The notes below the pieces were generated by a model. That model had not been told where the DNA came from. It ran no database searches and was given only the letters and a program-made list of their open reading frames with translations. Positions 37,991 to 47,742 of a stretch of 64,000 bases of DNA are shown here, piece by piece. Numbering within the stretch: the first letter of the stretch is position 1; each line of letters begins with the position of its first letter. Source of the DNA: Podarcis gaigeae (lineage: Eukaryota); NCBI GenBank assembly GCA_964106915.2, contig OZ066918.1. One strand, given 5' to 3'. The position numbers and the translations under genes are program-made.

Positions 37991-39042
37991 TAAAATGTTC
38001 TTCACCGCAGCAAAATGCTGCACTTCAACTTAAAAAGATGAATTGTAATTTTTTCAAACTTCATTTAAACATCCCCTCCCCCCCCCAATTACCTTAATGT
38101 TCATTATAAATTTGGGGAAAAGAGGCTTTCTTTGACACTTGATTATATAACCAAAAGTCAACAATCATAAACATCTCCCTGAGAGAAACTCAAAAATCCT
38201 CTCCTGGGAAGTTTTTAAAGGGAAATTTCAAAGTCGCATTTTATGAAATACCACAACCCAGTCAAATTGTCTGGGTTTACACGTGTATGTATATATGAGA
38301 ATTGGCTGTGCTGAAATGTGATTACAGAAGCGGTGTTTTTACAAATCTTTGGAATCAACTTGGTGTATCTTTAAATGTTGCATGTTCTAAGCAAATGACG
38401 AGCTAATTTGCTTTTCTGCAAAGCATGTATTGCCATGCTTGGATTGATGTTGTTTCTGTTTTTAGCAGAAACACACATTAATGCGCTTCATTGCCTGAAA
38501 TTGGTTGTCTGTCGGAAAATATAGTTTTAGATGTCTGCACTAATTAAACTTTCTTGCTTTATAACTGTTCAATGCAGAGCAACTGCCGAATTACTTGCAC
38601 AGTTAATAATTTGCTGGTCAAGATATATATTAAGTATTAATGTTTTTAATATATAGGTTTGGTAACTGCATGTGTTCATTAAGTACTGTGCTGCTATATG
38701 AGTTGTTCTCAAGGTTTCTATGTTATTTCTTCTCTCTTTATGTAAGAGATAGCTTACATTACTACCATCTTTAACTATTAACCTTTGTGGCTTCTGAGGT
38801 GCATTCACCACTAAACAGGTAGTCAGTGCTTAAAGTTGCAGTTGCTTCTGCTTGCAGTGTTCTTTCCATATTTGCAAGCGCTTAAGCACCACTTCTTAAT
38901 CAGTTTGAGTGAATGCTTATATTAATACAAAATGAGACAGAAGAACATGTTGCAATGTGCATTGCTTGCATAATGACCAGATATTGCTGCAGAATGCTGA
39001 TGGTGATGATTCAGAGTAATGAAGTAAAAGTATTAGGAACAG

Positions 39043-39088
<46 letters not shown>

Positions 39089-39092
39089 CAAC
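39043..39092. repeat. (AAT)n(AAC)n microsatellite
   Basis: Read directly from the sequence. Confidence 0.95.
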
Positions 39093-39691
39093 GACAAAAA
39101 ATATCTTGACAAGTGCTTTTTCACAATTCTTATTTGCTGTCAAACCCCACCTAATAAACTAAAGTGTTATCATTGCAATGTAAAAAATGGGAATACTTTC
39201 TTAATTAGTTAAATCATGACTGAAAAATAAATTCTGTGCAGTTACTTAATGAAGAGAATAACTGTAAAAGTAGCATTGCCATTTGATGCCATTCACAGAC
39301 TAGGGGCTGTTAAGATCTGAGTGTGATCTTCCATCTGTAGACTTACCTATATATGTGAATATATACCAATATATGTAAATTTTATTATTATTATTTTTAA
39401 AAATGCATTCTCTTTTTGGTTCTGGAACTTAGTGATCTACCAATGTCAGAGTAGAATCTCATACTGTCCTCCTGCTATGTGACAGCCCAGTTTGAAGAAT
39501 TCTTGAAGAATTTTGAAGAAAGCTGGATGAGTTACTTTTTGAAGGGGGCAGGGAATATGCTGATACCTAAATCCGGTACTTGAGAACTGGCATGGACCTA
39601 GTTAAGAGAAAGTGGTCATGGAGATCCACAGCAGTCTGCTGTTTTCAGAATATCCAAAGATTAGTTAGCCACTCAATTCCTGTGGACTTTT

Positions 39692-39783
39692 ACAGCCCAA
39701 ATCCTGTGCCTATTAACTCAGAAGTAAATCCCACTATGTTAAATGGGCTTACTCCCAAGTAAGTGTTCATAGAGATGGGCTGT
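39692..39783. repeat. ~90-bp old palindromic element; related copies at ~12024-12113, 32348-32438, 44813-44893
   Basis: Shared TCCTAT/TCCTGT...CTTACT...ATAGGATT hairpin layout. Confidence 0.6.
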
Positions 39784-40466
39784 TGATACAAATTCACTGT
39801 CCAATACATTTCAACACTTTTTGTGAATCCTGATTTTCAGTAGAAGTATTTGGATACCTAAACCAGGCCAGTTCATGCCTGAGCTTTGTTATGCTTCGGC
39901 GTCCCATAAGCCTTGCGTTTCAGCTAGCTAATTCAGTGCTTGTTTGCCTTTCATTGTGTGTTCAGGTGGCCCACAGAGTTAAACACAATGCTCTTGAAAA
40001 ATTATTTTACTAAACCTGTCATTTGCTTCAGGCCAGAGATTGGGAGATTGGGATAAATATTGATTCATCTGGAGTGAATTATGTGCCCACTTCCCTGTCT
40101 CAAGCAGCTTGGCTAAAAAGAAAAATAGAATGAGAAGAAAAGGTGATCACAGGCATAATTTAAGCATGTAGCCTTTCGTTGTGAAGTTAAATAAGATCAG
40201 CTATTCATACCAAAGTGATTTTGTCCAGAAGTACCTCACTAAGCTCGCTTAGCGGGGTAGCAGCCAGCTTAAGCCGACACTTTGAAAAATGGCTGCGTGG
40301 AGACTCTCAGTGTAGCTGTTTCCATGCTGTGGAAATCAGGAGTGTTCTTTTATCTCGGGTAGTTCGTTGCAAACCAGACCACTTGGTTTGATGTGTGCTG
40401 CCGATTTGTTTTCGCTACCTTGTAATTCTTCCTCATGACTCTTCCTCCTTCGTACTTGCACTCTAG

Positions 40467-40669
40467 GCCCTGTAGAAGACAAACCGTTTCCAACATCGCC
40501 AGACTACCTGGAGATAGCCATTTACTGTGTAGGGGTCTTCCTGATTGTCTGCATGGTGGTGACAGTCATTCTGTGCCACATGAGATCTTCCACCAAGAAG
40601 CCGGACTTCAGTAGCCAGCCGGCCGTGCACAAGCTGACTAAGCGCATTCCTCTGCGCAGACAGGTAACA
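40467..40669 (+). CDS. FGFR2: FGFR2 exon 10 (transmembrane); ends at 40663 (GT donor, VT-) or 40669 (GA donor, VT+)
   Basis: TAG acceptor. Encodes [66 protein letters not shown](VT). Donor region reads CAG|GTAACA|GAAAGT. Confidence 0.96.
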
Positions 40670-42500
40670 GAAAGTAGATAAAGAGTTTAAAAAACCTATT
40701 ATCCTATAAAGAAAACAAGCCAGCAGATCATTTTTCATGAAACACGTGGGACTGAAGTGGCACTTGATTGCTAAGAAGAAGGGCTGTAGCACTCCATTTT
40801 GCTTTGAATCCATAACTCCCTGTCTCAAGCTTGGTGTCTCAAAGAATCCTGTAGTGGTTGAGTGGAGACGCAAGGGCTCTCTGCTTAAGCTCAGAGGCAC
40901 CCTGCTCTTCCAGCAGGTCTGAAGCTAGGGAGCACAGCTGTTACAGTTAATGTTGGATCAAGGTGATTTCACTTGTGTGGTTCCAGAACCTGTCTTGTGT
41001 TTCTGAATCTTGTACTGGGTTCTGACACCAATAAACCACTAGGCTAAATAAAGCAGGGCTGCTGAAAATTATTTAATCTCAGAGCAGGAACTTTGATGCT
41101 GTAAAGTTGAGGAAGTATGATTAAATTTCCAGTGGAAAATGAAAAAAAGCTTTTTGAGGATGTGGTAAATGTGAACACTTTTAAGTAGCAAAAGAGGTAA
41201 AATAGTATATGTTCAGGTGTGTCTTCCATTTGAGCTACTTATCAGATTAGCTGGTGCCACAGACAGTGGAATAAAGGGGGAGTCACGTTTTGCTAAAGCA
41301 TCTAAACACAGGAACGCATAACTGGGACGGAGTTGTGCTTTCACCCACTCCTCAATGTTTTCTCCCTTTCTTCCCTTCAAGTATTCTTGTGCAGCGACAT
41401 TTCACATGATATATTTTTATAATATATGTTTGTTTCTAGAGAGGAATCATATTTTTAAAAATAATGAGCAGGTCACAAGTGTTGTTATCCAGCAAGGTTG
41501 TAAATTTGGACATGGATATATATCACTTCAACTGAGCTGAACATTTGGTTGTAAAATATATTCTATTGTTTCCTTTATAAGAAGGCAGCTTTCCCGAAAG
41601 TATGTATATTCAACGCAAATAGGACTTTCAGGAGTTGAATGCTTTGTTTATATTCAGTTAGTGGATATAGTGATTTCTGAACATGTTGAAGTTGGGGGGT
41701 GCAGGGGGAGCTCGAAATATTTCAGGAATTTTTTCGTGCAATGATTTAGGCCTGCTGTGTTAAGAAAGACAAACTGAATATTTTTTGGAAAAGTATTTTA
41801 AAAAAATTCAGGTTATTTCCCATCAATAAGGGTACTTGTTATTTCCTGTGTTTAATCAGATTTCAGTGGAATTGGATTGTGTACAATGATATGTTTTTGC
41901 TGAGTATAATTAACGAGTGCACATTTGGAACTTTATTGAATCATGTGTCCCCTCCATGTGTCCTATTTCATGTCCTATTTCAATCTCACCTATATTAATG
42001 GTTGCCTGTCAAATGGGTTTTGTTGTTTCAGCTTCTGCAAGTGGGAGGTATGTAGAAAAAGACCAACTTAACTGCAAGTGTCATGAATTTCACCAATGAG
42101 GCTTTGTTGAAGTCTTATTTGGATTCTCTGCTCAGCCTCTTCCCCTTTCTCAAAGGCTTCAGGGACTGCACCACAGGCTATAGAATGCCTGCTCCAATAT
42201 TTTCTGGGAGCTATCGGAAAACTCAGGGTTTGGGTTTTGCTCATTCTGAAGATCTAACATACTGCGAGCCAAAGAGAGTTTACTATCAGACCGACTGGTC
42301 TTTTTCTACAGGTCTTTTTCAGCTGTGCAGCTGTTTCATACTTGTAGCACACTGCTGCCTAGGTAGAGTGGTTTGAAGAGAGAAACAAAAACTGCTGGCC
42401 ATGCCAAGTAGGAGTAGGCTAGACTGAATGGACCTGTTTCCTTCTATGACTGATTCCTCAACCCAGCTGAGAAAAAGAGATATGTATCAGTTATAGTTTA

Positions 42501-42852
42501 AAGGTAAAGGGACCCCTGACCATTAGGTCCAGTCGTAGCCGACTCTGGGGTTGCGGTGCTCATCTTGCTTTATTGGCCGAGGGAGCCGGCGTACAGCTTC
42601 TGGGTCATGTGGCCAGCATGACTAAGCCACTTCTGACGAACCAGAGCAGCACATGGAAATGCCATTTACCTTCACGCCAGAGCGGTACCTATTTATCTAC
42701 TTGCACTTTGACGTGCTTTCGAACTGCTAGGTTGGCAGGAGCAGGGACCGAGCAACGAGAGCTCACCCCGTCACGGGGATTTGAACCACTGACCTTCTGA
42801 TCAGCAAGTCCTAGGCTCTGTGATTTAACTCACAGTGCCACCCGCATCCCTG
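42501..42852 (-). mobile_element. Sauria SINE, full length
   Basis: Reverse-complement homolog of 8813-9168. TSD GTTATAGTTTA (42490-42500, 42853-42863). Confidence 0.92.
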
Positions 42853-43010
42853 GTTATAGTTTAGATACACGTAAATGCTAAGGCTTGCATGCCGTTGTAG
42901 TTTTGCACTAGTGGAAATTTCTGATTATGCAAGGTGGCATTCCTGTTTTGTGCTGATCTCTCCTACTTATTACAGCTCTCTGTGCCATATGCCATGTTGT
43001 GGTTACTGTT

Positions 43011-43080
43011 AACTATAGTTTATTGAAGCAAGCCAGGATTGTTTACCAGCAAAATTGGCTTGTTTCAATAAACTACAGTT
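43011..43080. repeat. 25-bp inverted repeat within an old MITE
   Basis: AACTATAGTTTATTGAAGCAAGCCA / TGGCTTGTTTCAATAAACTACAGTT, 23/25 match. Confidence 0.7.
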
Positions 43081-44966
43081 AGCACTAATCACAGTTCTCA
43101 ACTGGAAGCGAACAACAAACTATGGTTAGCTGAAAATGGAAGCAGGTATTTCTGTGTTCCTTGTGGCCAGAGAGGAGCAGAAAAGGGAGTGCAAGAGCCT
43201 AAGGTTCATGTACTTTATATGTGAACCAGGCCAATGTGTATCTGCCCCTGGAAAGTTGTCCAATTAATTTGCGCCCACAAGGTGTCACTTGAAATCCCAT
43301 GGCATAGGACAATTATTCTCTGACTTAATTCTGCTTAAGTTAAGAGTCTTAGAATTTAGACTCAAAGGCTTCCCAGTTGCCTCTATGTAGCTGGCAGTGT
43401 GGCCAAAGTCTTCCAGGGAGCTGACTTAATCCACTTGTAGAATTAAAATGCTTTAAGCAATTGTACGAGAGACACTTATTTCATCTACTCTTATGGAGTA
43501 CTAAACTTTGTATGTGGCTGTCATGTACACGTGCATGCATTTGCACAAACAACATATGCCAGGAAAATTTGAATGTTGTATTCTCTACTAAAGAGAGCTT
43601 TCAGTCTAAGCCCACTTAGAATAGGCTATTTGTATCAGCTCTGGAATAAAAGGAGATTATTGGGCTGTGACTGGAATGAAAGCAGCAAGATGACCTGATC
43701 ATGTGGTGATGACAGAGAAAATACCATTGGTATATAATCCATCTGTCAGTGGTCAGACCATGGATTGTCATAAACTCACCATTTTCCAAAGGGCAGTTAT
43801 CCCAGTCTGTTGGTTTGTTAAATACTCTTTCATCATTTGTCTCTTTCTTCGCCAACAGCAGACTTCACTGCCATCATTTGTCATGCAGTTGCACAATGAA
43901 ACTCCTCTATTAACCACCTTTAAAACATTGTATTCTGCACGCTTATGGTAAACTTGATGCACTGTTGTTCATGTTCTGGTTTTGATGAGTAGCTGACATT
44001 TCAGTTTTCTTACCTTTTTACCCATGTAAAGGAAATACTCCCCAACCGAGTACTTTTCTGGTATCAACTGGTAGTTTTAGAAATGCTTCTGTATGTTGTT
44101 CCAAGTTTATTCCATTCCATGTTTTCAGGTGCAGCCACTCCTAAGTTTTGGATTGTGAAAGTATCTGCTGTAAGCATTGCAAGGAAATGTGTTTCTATTT
44201 TCATAGTTCTCAATACATTTTTGCACTGAAGTAATGCTCTCTGCCAACAGCAGCAGTTAGAGAAATCATGGTTTCCAGAGGCAAAGACGAATGTACTTAG
44301 ATTTTCAGAAGTAACTGTTTAGTTTCTGTACATTAAAGGTTAGGGTTTCATACATTTGCTGTAAATCTGAAGGTGTTAGAAAAACAGAGGGTGTTTTGTT
44401 TAACAGGCGTGTGTTCCTGGATTAGTTGAATAGGTCTATTTTTTTTGTTGCAATGCACTGAGTCCCCGCAAGCCTTGGTTGTATTTTTGAGACTTGTTTC
44501 TTTTCCTTTTTAAAAACCTTTAAAAGAGTTGGCAGTAACCTAGATATCAGTTCAGTCAAATAAAAAGTTGCAGTTCCTTACTTTTGTGCTCTGTAGCATT
44601 AGGAGTAAATAACCTGATTACCTTTGAACAGGATTTATGGATCAGTTAGTTTAGGTGACTTGGAAGTTGTAGAGAAGGTTGATGGCACTCTTACTTTTTA
44701 AAGCTGAGAAGCAGAGTCCCAAAGGAGATTATTGGTGTACACTTGGGGGCTTGCAAGAAGTGATGCCATAACACAGAGAGATCACCTTTCAGGTTTCTCA
44801 AAAGGATATAAGTCACAGTCCTATGCCTACTTACCTGGAAATACGTTCATGGGACGTAGCATTAGTTGTCAGTAAACATGTATAGGATTAAGCATCAAAT
44901 TTTCCAAAATCACAACAAAAAAATTCCTTCCAGTAGCACCTTAAAGACCAACTAAGTTAGTTCTTG

Positions 44967-45004
44967 GTATGAGCTTTCGTGTGCATGCACACTTCTTCAG
45001 ATAC
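44967..45004 (-). ncRNA. Mirror copy of the minimal hammerhead ribozyme
   Basis: Exact reverse complement of 45172-45209. Confidence 0.75.
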
Positions 45005-45171
45005 ACTGAAACAGAAGTTACCAGACCCTTCTATATAGTGAGAAGGTGGGGAGAGGTATTACTCAGAAGGGTGGTAGGAATGGGTGATTGGCAAATAGCT
45101 GTGATGAGCCTGTTGATGAACCCTCCCCACCTTCTCACTATATAGAAGGGTCTGGTAACTTCTGTTTCAGT

Positions 45172-45209
45172 GTATCTGAAGAAGTGTGCATGCACACGAA
45201 AGCTCATAC
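45172..45209 (+). ncRNA. Minimal type I hammerhead ribozyme (sense to FGFR2)
   Basis: GTAT-CTGAAGA-A-GTGTGCATGCACAC-GAAA-GCTC-ATAC: CUGANGA and GAAA cores, stem I GUAU/AUAC, palindromic stem II, AGCU palindrome in place of stem III. Predicted cleavage after C45205. Confidence 0.8.
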
Positions 45210-45524
45210 CAAGAACTAACTTAGTTGGTCTTTAAGGTGCTACTGGAAGGAATTTTTTTGTTTTGACTATGGCAGACCAACACGGCTACCTATCTGTATC
45301 CAAAATCAGAGTTTGTGGTATGGGAATTTCTGGGACACGGAGTGTCATAAGGCACCCTCCTTAAGGCTGGGGCTAACGGGAGTTGTGATCCAAAACAGCT
45401 TCAAGACACCAGGCTTGCGAAGGCAACCATGGGCTTTGTGGGCCTCACTGAAGTTGAAACATCATATTAAAAGAAATCAGTCTTCCAACGGATTAGTGAT
45501 ATATATTTTTTACAGATTTGAGTA

Positions 45525-45750
45525 CAGAGGTACCTCGGGTTAAGTACTTAATTCATTCTGGAGGTCCGTTTGTAACCTGAAACTGTTCTTAACCTGAGGC
45601 ACCACTTTAGCTAATGGGGCCTCCTCCTACTGCTGCGCCACCGGAGCACGATTTCTGTTCTCATCCTGAAGCAAAGTTCTTAACCCAAGGTACTATTTCT
45701 GGGTTAGCGGGGTCTGTAACCTGAAGCATCTGTAACCTGAGGTACCACTG
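45525..45750 (+). mobile_element. Tc1/mariner-type MITE, same family and orientation as 34111
   Basis: TIRs, TA TSDs and collinear internal sequence. Confidence 0.9.
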
Positions 45751-45844
45751 TAGTGATGTTGTCATTTTAACTTTATTAGAACAGTTATAGAAATGTGCAG
45801 TTCTGCCTGAAAATGTATAATTGCAACATAACATCCTAAAACTA

Positions 45845-45990
45845 CAGTGGTACCTCGGGTTAACATACGCTTCAGGTTACATATGCTTCAGGTTACAGAC
45901 TCCGCTAACCCAGGTTCTCAGGTTAAGAACAGTTTCAGGTTAAGAACGGACCTCTGGAAGGAATTAAGTACTTAACCCGAGGTACCACTG
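45845..45990 (-). mobile_element. Tc1/mariner-type MITE, internally deleted and inverted
   Basis: TIR CAGTGGTACCTCGGGTTAA at both ends, TA TSDs, central ~90 bp missing. Confidence 0.9.
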
Positions 45991-47529
45991 TATACAAGTG
46001 TGTGTGTGTGTGTCTGTCTGGAAACAACGTCTCCTAAGAATGTGAGGTGAAGATCTCTGAAATATAGTGGTTTTGTTTGCTTGAATGGCTGAAACCCTGA
46101 GCATGGTGTTGTAGGTTTTGTATGTATGAGGTTTGCACATAAAGCCCTGTGTGCTTTTCCTTCATTTTACTTTCCCTAGCTTTCACATTCCCCCACATCC
46201 CTTTTGCCATGTACTCTGATGTGGAGAGAGTTAAATAATGGAGGAATCAGGAAGGAAGATCTGATACTGGTAGTCTGATATTAAACATTGATATTCATCT
46301 TGGGTCTGTAGACATGTTTTTCCTCCTTTAAATATTCGTATTTCAATCCAGAGGCCTGAAATGATCTGAAGGAGCACCTTCTACCATGTGAGACCTCTCA
46401 CTAGAATTTCACCCTGGCCCCACCCACCACTGAGTCCTGCAGAAGGTTGGCTTTGAGGGAGTGCAACTCTAACTTGTGTACACAAAAGGCTCTAAGAAGC
46501 AAATCTGTGTAAAATGAAATAACCTATAGAAAGTGAAAATGCCCAGGCATTTTCCTTTTTATTTCTCAGTGGAAGAACAAGGCTTTAAAAAGTGTGGGCT
46601 GGTCCCAGAAGGCCTCCCTGGTTCCTGGGCCAACTTGTGCTGCTATACTCTTCTTTTTCCAATGGACAATTTTTTTTAATAGTCCTTCAGCTTCCATAAT
46701 ACCATGCTCTGCTCCAATGAATCAATCAAAAACACATTACCTTTGAGACTGGCCCAATCCTTTTTTTTTAAAAAAATAGCTAATGCTAAATATTTCTTCT
46801 AGAATGGAGTCATTTTTTTGTACGCAGTCTTGGTATTTACGCTGAGGACTTGTTTGATGTTACACTTACTGGTGAGTTTGCTCCCTTCCCTGCAAACATA
46901 GAATGAATTGGCAAAGTGTTCCTTCAAGCTTTTCCTGTAACGTCATCATGTGCAACACAGTGCAGCTATGGATTTAAAGTTTAAACAGGCTTTCCCCAGC
47001 AAAACTTCACACCACTCTTCTCTGTGTAGGAAAGCAAATGATATGACCTTTGAGATAAATGTTGGTGAATTGATATGTGAGTGGTGAAATGAGCAGATTT
47101 CAGATCATTTTCCAATATGTGTGATGTACCACGTAAGGAATCTATATTTACTTTAAAAACAGTCATAGTTCAGTACTCTGAAAAACAGCGTCTGGCTTTG
47201 GGCAGGCTGTCTAACATCATTCTATAGTAGTCCAGATTGCCTATTCTCTCACTCAACATAGAGTTGGGTTGGACTGATTTTGGCCAAGTTAGTGCTATAC
47301 TGAATTTCTGCCAGGTTTGGATTCACATTAAAAAATTCCCAAGCAATTTTGTAGTGTAGTAAGGGCAACAACTACAGTTTGGCACAGTATATTTAAAAAA
47401 ATGGTTTAATGTGGATGGGAAGTGTGTTGACATGTTAGATATGCATGGCTAAATTATGGAAGGGATGGTTTTAAAAGATGGTTTTGAAATAAGATTAGGG
47501 AAATGCATTGGGGATTAAGACTGCCAATT

Positions 47530-47742
47530 CATGGAGGATCAGTGGCTGCTAGTCATCATGGCTGCAAACTGTCGCTATTGTTGGAAGCCATATGCCTCTA
47601 AATACCAGTTGCTAGGAAGCAGAGGTGGGAACAGTGCTGTTGCATTCAGTTCCTACTTGTGGACTTCCCATTGGTCTATGGTCAGCCACTGTGAGTATAG
47701 GATGTTGGTGTAGGCTGGCCTGATCCAGCAGGGCCTTTCTTA
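47530..47742 (+). mobile_element. Degraded CR1-like LINE 3' end
   Basis: TTCATGGAGGAT...ATACCAGTTGCT...GCCACTGTGAG...GCCTGATCCAGCAGGGC resembles squamate CR1 3' UTRs as recalled. Confidence 0.55.

Larger units (their letters stand above)
44913..45298. mobile_element. Penelope-like retroelement remnant with inverted pLTR arrangement
   Basis: Perfect 140-bp inverted arms (44914-45053 / 45123-45262), 69-nt spacer, 36-nt 3' tail, and 10-bp flanking duplication TCCAAAATCA (44903-44912, 45299-45308). Each arm holds a hammerhead core. Confidence 0.85.

Noticed and set aside
38455-38470. Cryptic acceptor TTTTTAGCAG downstream of IIIc as a third alternative Ig-III exon
   Set aside because: No Ig-like reading frame or convincing donor follows.
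38913-39212. Poly-Asn ORF
   Set aside because: Translation of an (AAT)n microsatellite.
40463-40900. 145-aa antisense ORF over the TM exon
   Set aside because: Shadow ORF of exon 10 with no recognisable domain.
44914-45262. Pre-miRNA, DNA-transposon MITE or sequencing fold-back artefact
   Set aside because: The asymmetric 36-nt tail, 10-bp TSD, 69-nt unique spacer and hammerhead core fit a Penelope-like inverted pLTR better. An artefact would not be expected to create a TSD.
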